A stretch of DNA of 64,000 nt from Chrysomallon squamiferum. Lineage: Eukaryota > Animalia > Mollusca. Below are positions 14,340 to 28,854 of the stretch, one piece after another. The stretch spans positions 10,292,001-10,356,000 of the forward strand of contig CM022670.1 in NCBI GenBank assembly GCA_012295275.1, read 5' to 3'. A program made the position numbers and the translations under genes. The notes beneath the pieces were generated by a model. The model did not search any database and was not told the DNA's origin. It saw only the letters and a list, made by a program, of their open reading frames with translations. Every line of letters starts with the position of its first letter. Position 1 is the stretch's first letter.

Positions 14340-14680
14340 AACAACTTAAGGTCTTTGAACGGTTTCATTTCTGAAATGTAGCTTCTTTAGTCTTATCACG
14401 GTTCATAGAAAGTTTCGATCTGTTACACCAGGTATAAACTAGATCAAAGCATTTGCTGAAGTGTTTCATTGTCTGACGCTAACAGGACGATGTCATCGTG
14501 AGTAGAGTAACAGCAGTACACGCGTACCATCAAGTTCAACGACACATTCCAGTCTAGATCATTTATACACAACGTAGATAAAGCTGGTGTAGGTGTACAA
14601 GCTTGTTGGTGATAACAACCAGTCACTTTATCCATGCAGTCCACATTTTCATGCATTGCCTTGTTAGAATTGATCACATA
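14340..14680 (-). mobile_element. Degenerate non-LTR retrotransposon (LINE) reverse-transcriptase fragment; its duplicate runs off the window at 1..~120
   Basis: Minus translation ...QACTPTPALSTLCINDL...YSTHDDIVLLASDNETLQQML...LSMNRDKTK resembles the LINE RT motifs QG..LSP.LF.L.INDL, YADDIVLLA...LQ.ML and N..KTK. It is decayed, with stops. Confidence 0.7.
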
Positions 14681-14888
14681 TTATATTTTTCTTTTAATTT
14701 ATTTCACTGTACTATAAATTTACGAAGTATTTTTCACATCTGATTTCTGTTATCTTTACTCCTTAGCACTAAAGTGTTCCATTAATTATGGATAGAGATA
14801 AGTCAGGGACGAAATTAAAGATAAGTTTGTTTTAATATTAGTCGAATACCATAAGTTGATCTATCGATAAATGCTATACTACTTTTAT

Positions 14889-14919
<31 letters not shown>

Positions 14920-15178
14920 TTTTTTTTTTTCTTCTTCTTCTTTTTCTTATTCATAAATAAAAAAATAGCATAAAAAAAAAAATCTCTGAGATTGGTTTAA
15001 ATCTTACATTATTTAATAAAAGAACCTAATCTAAAAATTCAAATTAAATTTGAATTAATTCTGCGATATAGGAATTAAGACAGATTTAAAGTAGGTAACT
15101 GTTCTAAATTACAAACTGCTAGTTAATCGACTGTCAGCAGTTTTATTTACTGATCTGTTAGTTTAAAGATTCACCGAA

Positions 15179-16255
15179 ATGGAAGATGTTTTAAGAAAAT
15201 TACTTACTATTCTGCTGCTTGTGATGATCAACGACATGACGTCATCAGCAGAAAGGTAACATCCAGTTGGCGTGAAGATGTGCTGCATGATCTGTAAACG
15301 TTAAAATTCTTGTAGAACCACAACTTACAGTTCAAAAACTCTCGTGTGTGACGTCACGGGTTCTGATCTTAACGACGGAGAATCAATAGAAGATATTTGT
15401 AAAGACAATAATGAGGTGAGTGTATTTAATATGAAAATAATGAATGTTTTAATAAATCTTAACTGGCCTAGCTCTGAAGAATTCGCATAAATACATTCTG
15501 CACATTTTAAAGTTATTTTTTAATATATTTCTGGCGGCGAATGTATTTGTAAGTATATAATTATAGATGTATCTATCTATGTATCTGCTATATCGCGGTT
15601 TGTCTTTCTGTCTTTCTTTCTGTCTGTCTTGCTGTGTATCTGTCTATATCCACTCTTCCACACACACATACACTCTTATAATCAAGCATAACATTAAAAT
15701 AACAAGTTCGTAACAGTAAATTCGCATTTTTTTTTTCTTTTGTGATGACGTTATTTTTTTAATATAAATTTCTATCTAGGCAAAACAGAGATTCCCCATA
15801 TATTTATTGTGTACTTGTTTCTTCTAAACGACGTGATCCAAAACGTATTAGCATTCTATTTCATTTTTAAAGTCATACGTTATTGTTAGCAAAACGGCTC
15901 CTGATAAATGCTCAAACTATTAAAAAATATATTCAGTTGCTTATTCGTATAAATACTGAATGTAATATCAACTGGTTATATTGCTTAATAAGTGTATAAA
16001 ACCAGTGGAAATAAAAAAAAAAAATCAACAACAACAAAAATAAAAATAAAATAAAATAAAAAAAGAAACAAAAAGATGAAAGAAACGAAAGGGAAAACAA
16101 CACTACACAGACTCACAGACACAAAAATACAACTAATAAATAAAAAACATTAAAAAAAAAAAAAAACGAGAGAAAAAAAAGAAACCCCCAAAACGACAAC
16201 AAAACGAAACGAAACAAAAAATCCACCAACCACTCTCACAAAAACACACACAAAT

Positions 16256-16286
<31 letters not shown>

Positions 16287-16620
16287 AAACAACACCCCCC
16301 AAAAAACCCCAACTAATTCCATTTACACAAGATAACACAAAATAATAAAGAAAAATGTTATTTAAAATTTAAGCTGATACAAGACAGATGTTTGAAGACT
16401 GACTGTGTTCACGATCACGAATGTCTGACAGATCGTAGAAAAGTAACACGATGTGTTCCTAAAATGTCTTCAAAAGTCTCGAAAATAGGTGAGTAACAAT
16501 TCGTCTTCACATTTCAATATCAATATCAACAACGCCTATTCTCTGTAATGATAATCTTCGCCTGGGGAAATTGTGAAACAGCCATCTGATGATGACCCAA
16601 TAATAGACAAATATCCATAG
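15179..16620 (+). pseudogene. Gene A2: pseudogenised copy of A1; exons 15179..15415 and 16374..16488, exon-3 remnant to ~16620
   Basis: Close copy of A1 with TAT>TAA at 15257-15259 and GAA>TAA at 15302-15304. A deletion of ~735 bp (A1 ~1919-2653) removes the exon-3 acceptor. Confidence 0.85.
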
Positions 16621-16774
16621 CTTAAAACTGCATAATTAAAACTATGTGCAGAAACAATATATAATTTAACTGTAGTCTGGATACTGATTCACTGTTTTGA
16701 GAATAATCTGAATTATTCTAGACAGATTGGATTATTAATGATCGAAACATTGTGTTATCAAAAATTGAGGAAGA

Positions 16775-16816
<42 letters not shown>

Positions 16817-17283
16817 AGCAATATATATATATATAAAAATTTATTTTAATTTTATATATATAAAACTAGTTTTTAAGTTTTTGTTATAGTCTACAATTTT
16901 AAATTATATATTCAAAACATACCATCATTATTTTAAAAACTCACAACACATTCTTCAATGCATGTATAAAATGAATCACTGAGTAACTAACTGTCTGAAG
17001 CGTTATTCTACTGAGTAATAAAATCTGCAAGCAGAGAGAATTAATTTTGTTAAAAGAACTGCATCTTGTGAATTTTTACAACTTTAATCGTTAACTATTC
17101 GCTTTAAATAAGCTTCAGTATTAAAAATGTATTAATCGAAAAGGCATTGAAAGACTGAGTGTTTAAATTTTATTGTCACAGAAAACGTATGCGTGTTTGA
17201 TCACAAAATATGAATAACAGAAAGTTACTTATAAGACTGAGGATACATAATTTGTGTTTTATGGTTTACTCCGAATTTAACTA

Positions 17284-18087
17284 CAGTGGTACCTTGACTT
17301 ACGAGTTTAATTCATTCCGTGACAGACCTCGTAACTCAGTTTGCTCGTATATCAAATTAATTTTCCCACCTGAAATTAACTGAAATACCATTAATCGGTT
17401 CCAGCTCCCCAAAAAACCATCCCAGCTTTTTTTTTAAACATGTTTTTAAATAAGAAAAATGTGTTGATAAATGACAAATATTGTATACAAAAAAAAATAA
17501 AAAAATAAAAAAAAAATAAAAAAATAAAAAAATAAAAGTGAATGTAAAGAAATAAACTGGTTTTGTAAAGTGTATTTATCTTGGAGATCAGACAAATTGG
17601 CCTAACTGAAACTGCTGGTGGAGATGGAGTAGACTGGAGGATTGTTTGTTTGGAACATATCGTAGAAGTACCACGCTCGTACTGTCTAGCCAAGTCGATT
17701 ACACGCACACCTCGCTCATATCTTTCTATGATTTCATGCTTTAAGTCAATCGACATCATCCGCTTCTTCTTCTCAGCACTGTCCTTTGCACTCGCTTTCT
17801 TAAGGTCCATGGTCAGAAAAAAGAAATTTGGCAAAATACTGCACAAAACGCGAGCACAATACAATAGAGATGCTTCCGCGGCGATGTAACCACATGAAGT
17901 AAACGAGTGAGACGCGGGATGCTGGTCGGATGTTGTGTTGTTCGTTGCGTCAGCTAGCGGCGGCGTATCTGAAATTCGCTCGTAACACGGATTTTGGCTC
18001 GCAGTTCTAAGCAAAAGATCGACCGGGCGCCTGCTCGTAACTCGAAAAACTTGTAAGTTGGGGAACTCGTAAGTCGAGGTACCACTC
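17284..18087 (-). mobile_element. Tigger/pogo element, segmental-duplication copy of 3372..4144
   Basis: Same TIRs, HTH remnant and flanks as 3372..4144. Confidence 0.9.
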
Positions 18088-18480
18088 TATATATATAATT
18101 AAATATTTAAATGATCAAATAAAAATAAAAATTGACTTTTCATATGTGAATCTTTATTTATTTATTTATTTATTTATTATTTTGTACTGCTATCATAATG
18201 GTCAGAAATGGCCACACCTCCTCTATTCTTTCGAAGCTTGATGCTATGCAAGATCAATACGGCATAGTGCAAACATTCCTTTTTCTTCTTTTTTTATGGA
18301 TCAGTAAATAGTGTAGTATGTGAATTGTCAATAAAACAAAAGAAAACAAAATAAAAACAACAGCATGCTTTTTATCTGTTTTGATTGTTATATAGCGGCG
18401 GCGTATCTGAAGCTCGTTCGTAACTCGTAAGTCAAAGATCCACTGTATTTCTAACAATAATTATATATTTGAGGGTCTCT

Positions 18481-18524
<44 letters not shown>

Positions 18525-18698
18525 CATACATACATATACATTTACATATATACACATTTTGAGAAGGGATCATATATTAATATATATATATATATTTTGC
18601 AAATGAGAAGTCAAATATTGCCACTTTCATTCGATAAATCTCTCTTGCAATGAAATCATTTGATATGCATATTTGAAATACAGCCATAAAAAGTATTC

Positions 18699-18782
<84 letters not shown>

Positions 18783-19063
18783 TGCTGCTACACATAATTC
18801 TTAGATTTTGTATCAAAACAGTTTAATAATTAATTCTCTTCAGTTTCATTTCAGTTTTGAGATTAACATATATGTTTCTAATCTTTTCCCTCGAGACCCT
18901 AACTAATACAAAAATAATAAATAATCAGTTTCGTGTTTTATCTATAATATGGTAAAAGAGTTTTAATTGTTAATAAAGCTTTAATCTGTTGTCTTGGATT
19001 CCTGTTTCTCTTTCTTTTAGAGATAAATACATGAGGAGTTTTTTCTGTTTCTGAGACTTGTTT

Positions 19064-19112
<49 letters not shown>

Positions 19113-20349
19113 CAACAACAAAAAACAACAAACCCCCCCAAAAAAAACCCCTAACAAACAAATGAAGTTGGTAAAATTTGTGGGTAACAAAAAGCCTAAT
19201 GAGAAAATTGGCTTTTATTTTTTTACTTGTAACCTAATCTTTTGTTAATAATAAAGTATGATATACAAAAAAGTAAAGCACCGTTAATTTCCGTTTGCCA
19301 ACAATAGTTATCACGTCATTTCGTAGGTCGTAAGCTGATCAGTTGTTTAATTGTTGTTGAACTGTTATGAAATAAAAATAAGTGAATAAACAAACAACTG
19401 AAATAAATTATAGTATTTTATAACACTATTAGAAATAAATAATACAGTAGAATATTGAAAATGTTTAGTACAGTGTTGAAAAAAGTTAATACAATATAAG
19501 TCTGAAACAAAATAAAAGTATTATATAACAATGAAACAAATGTAAAATATTTTTAATACGGAACAACAAATATAAGCACAGCGTAAGAGTAAAACATTTT
19601 AAAAAGATTACGTTACAATGAAACATATAACACTGAATGAAATTAAAATATTATATAACAGTGAATTGAGTTTAAAATATTATATAATTCTATATAACAA
19701 TGGAACAAATGAAAGTACTTTATAACACTGAAACAAAAGTATTACGTAACAATGAAATAAATTAAAAGTGATATATAAAACTGAAACAAAAGGATTTCGT
19801 AACAATGAAATAACTTAAAAGTAATATATAAAACTGAAACAAAAGGATTTCGTAACAATGAAATGGCTTAAAAGTAATATATAAAACTGAAACAAAAGGA
19901 TTACGTAACAGTGAAAAGTAATACATAACAATGAAACAAAACGATTACGTAATAATGAAATAATTTTAAAACGACTACGTATCAATGAAACAAATTAAAA
20001 CTACTTTAAAACACTAATAGAAATTAAAAGGATTATATAACAATGAAACAGATTAAAAGCATGTTGTTTTTTGTTTTTGTTTTTTTTGTTTTGTTTTATT
20101 GGCAATTCACATACTTCACTGATAACTGATCCATAAAAAAAGAAGAAAAAGGAATGTTTGCACTATGCCGTATTGATCTTGCATAGCATCAAGCTTCGAA
20201 AGAAAAGAGGAAGTGTGGCCATTTCTGACCATAATGATAACAGTACAAAATAATAAATAAATAAATAAATAAATAAAATAAATAAAGATTCACATATGAA
20301 TAGTTAAATTTTATTTTTATTTGATCATTTAAATACTTAATTATATATA

Positions 20350-21111
20350 CAGTGATACCTCGAATTACGAGTGCCCCAACTTACAAGTTTTTCGAGTTAC
20401 GAGCAGGCGCCCGGTCGATCTTTTGCTTAGAGTTGCGAGCCAAAATCCAAGTTTCGAGCGAACTTCAGATACTCCACCTCTAGTTGGCGCAACGAACAAC
20501 ACAACATCCGACCAGCATCCCGCGTCTCACTCGTTTACTTCATGTGGTTACATCGCCGCGGAAGCATCTCTATTGTATTGTGCTCGCGTTTTGTGCAGTA
20601 TTTTGCCAAATTTCTTTTTTCCTGCTATAGATCCTAATAAAGTAAGTGCAAAGGACAGTGCGGATAAGAAGAAGCAGATGATGTCCATTGAATTAAAGCT
20701 TGAATTCATTGAAATACATGAACGAGGTGTGCATCTAGTCGACTTGGCTAGGCAGTACGAGCGTAGTACTTCTACGATATATACAATAATGAAGCTGAAG
20801 TATTCGATAAAGGCTGTAACTCCAGCCAAAGGCGTTAAAATAATGTGTCTGATCTCCAAGATAAATACACTTTACATAACCAATTTTTTTCTTTACGTTC
20901 TCTTTTATTTTGTTTTTTTATACAATATTTGTCATTTATAAATACATTTTTTTCTTATTGAAAAGCACGTGTAAAAAAAAAAAAAAGTTTTTTTATTTGG
21001 GGGACTTGTATTTCAATTAATTTCAGTTGGGAAAATTGATTGGATATACGAGTAAATTAAGATACGAGCTCGGTCACGGAACGAATTAAACTCGTAAGTC
21101 TAGTACCACTG
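20350..21111 (+). mobile_element. Tigger/pogo element, segmental-duplication copy of 6485..7246
   Basis: Same TIRs (CAGTGATACC...GTACCACTG), HTH remnant and flanks as 6485..7246. Confidence 0.9.
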
Positions 21112-21739
21112 TGTGTGTGTGTGTATATATATATCAGTTAATCAAGTGTAAATGTTATCAGCCTTTTTACGTCAAAGAGAAAAATAATATATAATTATAC
21201 AGTACAGAGAAATGAATATAATATGCTTATTAACTTAAATATTCTGAAAAAGGATTTTTTAATATCATTTCGATAGTTTCATGTTTTAAGTTTTTAATTT
21301 ATTTATGTACCTCTTCCAAGTGACAGACTGAGATACAGAAATCTGAACATTTAATGACCTTTTAGATACAAATACGCCCAACACACACACACAAACACGC
21401 ACACCCAACCACACTTTATTGGCTTGAGATTCATTATAAAGTCAAATAAAGGAAAAACGATTGATTTTCTTTCATCAAATAGGCAACGCCTTCAAAGCAG
21501 GTTTTTGAATAACCGGTGTTTTCTGTCATTTATTACAGTGACATTAGATCCATTCACGCGACTGACAGTCAGAAAAAAAGTTTGATTCTTTCTTTTTTTC
21601 TTTTTTCTTTTTAAAGATCATTTTTGTCATACCTTAATATAAAGGGGGGGAAAAAAAAAGAAGAAAAAAAGACGTATCTATTTAATTTCTCTATTTTTAC
21701 AGAGAAAGCGGAGTTTCATCTAAGTAGAAAAGTAAAACA

Positions 21740-22729
21740 ATGAAAAATTATTCTGCCAACGTCGTTGTAGTATTGTTTGTGATTGTTAACAATGTCACAG
21801 TGTCGTGGTCAAAGGAGTTTCATCCAGTTGGTGTGAAGATGTGCTGCCTGATCTGTAAACGTGAAAATTCTTGTAGAACCACAACTTACAGTTCAAAAAC
21901 TCTCGTATGTGACGTCACGGGTTCTGATCTTAACGACGGAAAATCAATAGAAGATATTTGTAAAAACAGTAATGAGGTGGGTATGTAATGTGTGTGTGTG
22001 TGTGTATATGTATGTATGTATATCATTTATAAATTTTGTGATAAAATGGGAATATGAAAACACAAAAATAAATAGTTTCAAAATATTTAATGCATTTTTG
22101 TTTTTAAAAAGTAAGTCATTGTTAATAATAAAGTGACAGTAAAAAGATTTATGTGGGAATAACAATCCCGTTAGTGTGAAAAATGCATCGTATTAAGCAC
22201 AAAACCAGCTTAAATTCATATATATACACATATATATAAAACCAGAAAATGCACAGACACTTGAATGAAATAATTAATTAATTAATTAATTAAAATAAGG
22301 AAGAGTATAAATAATTTAAATGTTTCTAACATTTGAAGGTGATACAAGACAGCTGTATGAATTTTCAGTGTGAACAAGGTCGTGAATGTCTGACAAATCG
22401 TAGAAAAGAAATTCGATGTGTTCCTAAAATGTCTCCAAGAGCGACCCAAAAAAGTAAGTAGAATAATATCTTCCGTTTGTTGTCTTAGACATGAAATTAA
22501 TCGAATACTGTCTCTACACATTTCTATATTAATGGGATTTTTGTTTGTTTTTTCTCTCGTATAATCTGAGAGAGGAAATACGCTGTTGTTTTTCATGATT
22601 TAGCTGCAAAAGATATTTTTTATGTAAACCTTCCCACAAAATTGATACATAATAAATGAAACGTAATGTCTGAATGGTTATTTATAATCTGCATGTATTG
22701 TAGTTCATGTAATTATAATCTTCATTAAG

Positions 22730-22762
<33 letters not shown>

Positions 22763-23780
22763 AAAAAGAAGTTTATGTAACGAATAAACAAATAAAAAAT
22801 AAATAAATAAAACTGACAAATAATAACATTTAGAAAATATTCTAAAATATTCACTAAAATTACAATTCCATTCGTTTTCCACGTTTATCGTAAAATCGAT
22901 TCTAAACAAAACAAAATCGATTCTCAGATCTGGGTCCCCTCCTAATTTTTCTTTATTTGTAATTAACCAGCTAAATCTCTACATTTACATTTCAGATCAG
23001 GACAGCCAGAGATTCAAGAAACTGCTGCACAAGTCGACCTACTCAGTCGGTCCTAAAAATAAATTCATACAAGACATTGTCGTCATAAAAAGATATATTT
23101 TTATAGCGTTATTATCAGTTCAAACTCTTTTCCGGTATGTTGCGGTAAACAACACATTACTGCTGAAAAATTCTAGAGATTTAGAATCCGGAAAGTTCTT
23201 ATGTCATATGATCTCATTCGGCAAGAAAAGTATTCTTTGTTTATTCAACGCCTACGGTTTATACGTGTATAACATCAATCTGACCCGAATCGGGTTTATA
23301 GAGACAAGTTACGGTTATCAACTTATAGCGGCTGTTAGCGACACCGTAATTGTCGGTTATGTTGAAAAATTGATTCATTTTCTAACCATAAAAGATAACA
23401 AAATTGTTTCTCTGAGAGCAATGCAGTCGAAAGAAGAAATAAATTACTTTGTTGCTACAGTGGATTTTAATATTCTGTATCAAGATACTGGGAAATCAGC
23501 CATAGTATGTGTCAGTCAAACTGGGTATCAGCTCTGGAGTGCGACCGCCTCTTTTTCAAATTACTATCTGGCGGCAACGGAAAACGGCAGCCACGTATTC
23601 TTTGTTAGTTACGGTAGTGAGGAGAAATCTCTAACTTATCTGAAGGACGAAGGGAAGACGAATGTGAAACTAGTTTCAAACGTGTTTCCTGAAAAAAACT
23701 CACTAAAAATGGTGATAGATGAATTCGGAACGCTTTATGTTATATCCCCTCATACTGTTGACATTTTTGTGTTTGACTGA
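21740..23780 (+). CDS. Gene B2: paralogue of B1, 378 aa; join(21740..21976,22339..22453,22996..23780)
   Basis: Same exon 1/2 sizes and phases as B1. Exon 3 (ttcag|AT CAG GAC...) is open through the 23208..23780 ORF to FVFD*. Confidence 0.85.
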
Positions 23781-25942
23781 GTTGAGTTTGCGTGTGATCG
23801 CTTAACGTACACACGTACATGAACACAGGGCTGACGAAATTATGTTTCCATTTTTAGCACGATCGGACAAATAATTTCTGAAAAAAGACCATAACACACG
23901 CATCAACTGGTCAATATTGTTGAAACGGGTATTTCTAGAAAGGTCATTTATTAAGGATTCTGAAAATGACATGATCTGTTGTCTAGGGATAATTTAAAGG
24001 GTAATAACCCTTTTAACCTTTACTTTGACCTTGAATTTAACTTAGCGGCTCACACGATCTAGAAACGTCCATGTCCCAGTTACGCTAAATAGCAATTTTC
24101 AGTAAAATCGGAAAGAGTGAGCTTTCATTTTCCCCGTATTTTGGGTAATTTAACGCCGAATATATACGTACATCTATACATGCAATCATACATACATACA
24201 TACATACATACATTTGAGATAAAATACTATAGCTATGTATTCGGAATTTTAACATATTGTCTCCAGTTTATTTGTTGTGATTATTTTGTGTTTTAGCTTG
24301 CAATTTGCGTTATTCACGTTCTGCTTTTCGTATTGATTGCAATTACAGAATTACATGTGAAAGCACAGTAGAGAAAATATTAATAACTTTGAAATATTAA
24401 TAACATCACTTATTGTGGTATCACCTTATTGGTTATAGTATCCTTATATGTTAATAGTGTATTAAGTAGCAGGAGGAGCAGCAGTAGTAGTTGTAGAAGT
24501 AGAAGTAGCAGCAGAAATAATGGTGGGTGCAGTGTCAGCAGCAGTGGTATAAAACTGTTAATGGTAGTTGTAGTGATAGTGGTAGTTGTAGTGGGAGTGG
24601 TGGTGGTGGTAGTAATGTTAATAGTAATCGTTGTTAAGTAATAATCGTACTAGCTGCAGTAGAGTTAGTAGCACCAGTAGCAGTAGAAGTAGTAATAGAA
24701 GAAGTAAATATTATAAACTATAAAAATAAATAAATTAAAAAGGTTATAAGGAGACATTAACTTTGTGTGTATTTTCTGTTGTAATCTGGTGTAATTTATT
24801 TTGTCATTAAAGTGTTATATGTCAAAATCGCACTGCGTTGCCTATGTTTAAAGAAAATTAATTTTACACAAACGTACACACACGTGCACGCACACACAAC
24901 CACACTGGATGCATAATTCTTCTTTTAATAACATTTACATATACATTTTTTTCTTTTGATGTCATTTACAAATAATTAAACGTTTCGTTTAACAGCATTT
25001 ATTAAACAGAAAAATACTGACATACAAATTTTTTGTTTTTGATTAATTCGAATTATATTATTAATAATATTAATTATGTTATCAGTGTGTGTATGTATTT
25101 GTGTTTATTAATATATATAATTCCTTATCAAAATGTGAATTCAGAAATGTAACTCGGTTCTTGGAAAATAAAAAATCACATAAAAATAAATTTAAATTGT
25201 TATTATTTTATGTAAAATGTACCAAATAGATAGTATGGATTTTAAAATGATTTTATTCATAATTTTTAAAATCGACAACCTGTGTTTCGGATGACATAAA
25301 AAAGGAGTTACTTTTAGAGTTACTGTTTGACAGCTGAGTAATCCCAGTGTACATACATACATACATACATACACACACATACACACACATATATATATTT
25401 CTGTGAGAGTGTGTGTATGTGGACTTAGGGTGATTCATATATGATCCTGTTGTAGACATTTTGTTTTTTACATGAATTGGAGGAAATGTTTGAGTAGACT
25501 TTAGTGTCACCACTATCATTCGAAACATGCTTTTATCTTTTTGTCAGTTATTAATACTCAAAAACTCCGTGGAAACAAAAAAAGTCATATATCTAAGTCG
25601 TGGAACTTAATACTAAGTAAAATTTGAGGTTAACAAAAATTGAAAAAGAAAATTTTTGTCTTCATCAACATCCTCAACATAATTTCTTAAAATAAACAGT
25701 CCTAGCTGGAATTTTCTTTTCAAACATCTTTATATTCTTGCACGTCTTTTCAGTAACAGTATTTAAATAAACATTTGCAGTAAACACTGGTGTATTCATT
25801 AGTAACAAAATAAATAACATCTCTGTCTCTGTCTGCCTTTCTTTACGAAACATAAAAATAGACAGAAAAAAATGAGAGAAGGAGAAAGAATAATTCAGAA
25901 ATATATACATTTATACTTACTTTATACACATATTCACATAGA

Positions 25943-25978
<36 letters not shown>

Positions 25979-26165
25979 AAACAAAACAACAAAAACAACA
26001 ACAACAACAACAAAAAAAAAAAAAAAAAAAAAATCATATAATGTACATGGCCGTACTTTAATTTAACTTTATTTTAATTTATTTTATATTATTTTCTTTT
26101 GTTTTGTTGGCGGGATTGTCGGTTTATTTTGTGAAATGAAAACAAAAATATTGTCAGTTTAAAAT

Positions 26166-26308
<143 letters not shown>

Positions 26309-27821
26309 AAAAATTCGCTGTTACTAATATATTTTATTTGTGCGTTTTATATCAAAACTGTTTAATAATTAAATTTCAGTTTGGAGATTAATAAATATTT
26401 CACATATTTAACTAATATAAAAATAATAAATAATGAGTTTTGTGTTTTATCTATAATATGACAAGACAGCATTAATTGTTAATGCAGATGTAATCTATAG
26501 TTTTGCATTACTCTTTATGTTTCTTTTAGAGATAAATACCTGAGCAACTTTTTCTGTTTCTGAAATTCTTTTCACAGCAACAATAAAAAATTTAAAAAAA
26601 ACAAGAGAAGCTGATAAATAAAACAGTTAATTTCTTAAAACCATTTAATTTACTCAACAGTAACAATATAAACATTTATTACTATATGTATAAATAAAAA
26701 TAATTTTAATTATTTAAGGCTTTCCAATTCCATCGTTTCTGACGCAAGTGGGATTTAAAAATAACAATAATATAAAATATTCTATTACAAAAACACCTTA
26801 GATTTTTAACATTGTATGACCTTGGTGTTCACAGGAAAGAAATTTGTGTTATTAAAACAAAATATGTTAAAATTACTTCATAAAATCGAAAATTTAAAAG
26901 TACTTCGGACGAATGAAACATATTAGAAATGCTAACAAAATAATAGTGAAGTATAACACTGAAATAAATTAAGAATATAATATTAAAACAAACTGAAACT
27001 ACGTAATCACAGAAAAACGTATTAGAAGCACTGAAAAACACTGAAATGAATTAATGATACACTATAATATTGAAACAAATTAAAATAAAAAATAAAAAAT
27101 TTAAAATATAATAACAATACTATATAGCATTAAAACAAAAGTACTTCATATTTTTTAAACAAATTAAAAGCAAAGCGTAAAAGTTTTATAAAACACTGAA
27201 ACAAAAGGATTGAGTAACAATAAAACGAATTAAAAATACTTTAATTAAACAAAATAAAAGGATTACGTAACAATGAAACACGCTAAAAGCATGTATATAT
27301 ATTTTTTTTATTTATTATTTATTTTTTGTTTTAGAATTTACATACTTCACTACTTTATTTCTTTTGTTCTGAAAAACGTTCGCATTATGCAGCATTCATC
27401 TTTCAAACCATCATGATTTGTACCAGCTCTCACACATCTTTCTAACAAAAGAGTTATGACCATTACCGAGCTTTATGATATCAGCACAATAAAAGTTCAA
27501 AATGTAAACAGTAAATCTGCATTTTTAGTTTCTGATCGAATAAACACTTAATTACTGAAACATATATATATATATATATATATTTTATCTTCCTCAGCGT
27601 TAAACCAGTGTAAATATCAACAGCCTTTTTACGTCAAAGAGAAAATTAATATATAATTACACAATACTGAGAAATTATTAAATTAAATATTCTGAAAAAA
27701 TATACTTATGTTTTATGTTTATAGGGTCATCATTTGCGTTTTTAATTTATTTATGTACCAGTTCCAAGTGACAGTCTGAGATACATAAACATTTAATGAC
27801 CTTTTAGATACAAATACGCCC

Positions 27822-27867
<46 letters not shown>

Positions 27868-28184
27868 TACACACACACACGCACACACACACACACGTAC
27901 GCACACACACACACACACACGTACGCACACACACACACACACGCACGCACACACAGACAGGCTTTATTGGTTTAAGATTCATTATAGAGTCAAATATGAT
28001 TGGTTTTCTTTCATCAAATAGTCAACGCCTTCAAAGTAGGTTTATGAATACCCAGTGTTTTGTGTCATTTATTACATCGACATAAGATTCATTCACGCGA
28101 CTTACAGTCAGAAAGAGGTTTGATTATTTCTTTTTTCCTTTTTTGTTTTCAAAGATCAATTTTCTCATATCTGAATATAAACGT

Positions 28185-28220
<36 letters not shown>

Positions 28221-28287
28221 CGTATAACGGAAATTTCTCTATTTTTACAGAGAAAGCGAAGTTTCAGCTAAGTAGAAAAGTAAAACA

Positions 28288-28817
28288 ATGAAAAATTATT
28301 CTACCATCGTCGTTGTAGTATTGTTCGCGATTGTTAACAATGTGACAGTGTCGTGGTCAAAGAAGTTTCATCCAGTTGGTGTGAAGATGTGCTGCCTGAT
28401 CTGTAAACGTGAAACTTCTTGTAGAACCACAACTTACAGTTCAAAAACTCTCGTATGTGACGTCACGGGTTCTGATCTTAACGACGGAAAATCAATAGAA
28501 GATATCTGCAAAAACAGTAATGAGGTGAGTGTATATAATATATATATATACATACATCTAAAATAATAATGCGTACAAAAGTTATAAATGATATACATAC
28601 ATACAAATGTGTGTGTGTATATATATATATATATAGCATTTACAATTTTTGTGATAAAATGGGAATTTAAAAACACAAAAATAAATAGTTTCAAAATATT
28701 TTATACATTTTTGTTTTTAAGCAGTAAGTCATTGTTAATAATAAAGTGTGACAGCAAAAAGATTTATGGGGGAATAACAATCCCGTTAATGTGAAAAATG
28801 CATCGTATTAAACACAA

Positions 28818-28854
<37 letters not shown>

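Larger units (their letters stand above)
14559..25617 (+). repeat. Segmental duplication unit 2 (A2, inverted Tigger pair, B2)
   Basis: High identity to unit 1 apart from indels, microsatellite lengths and the B gene body. Confidence 0.9.

Noticed and set aside
17391-18014. 207-aa ORF (and 6558..6938, 20423..20941) as a domesticated TIGD/CENP-B gene
   Set aside because: It lies between intact TIRs, lacks the DDE domain, and runs into non-coding AT-rich transposon ends.
22282-22596. Recurring minus-strand ORFs (also 8466..8705, 28894..29208)
   Set aside because: They are antisense shadows of B exon 2 and its introns, and recur only because the region is duplicated.
14559-25617. Unit 2 as a purely artefactual uncollapsed haplotype of unit 1
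   Set aside because: Not preferred, because B1 and B2 propellers are strongly diverged, B2 shares a tract with B3, and a third unit shows real tandem growth. It cannot be fully excluded without read-depth and long-read data.
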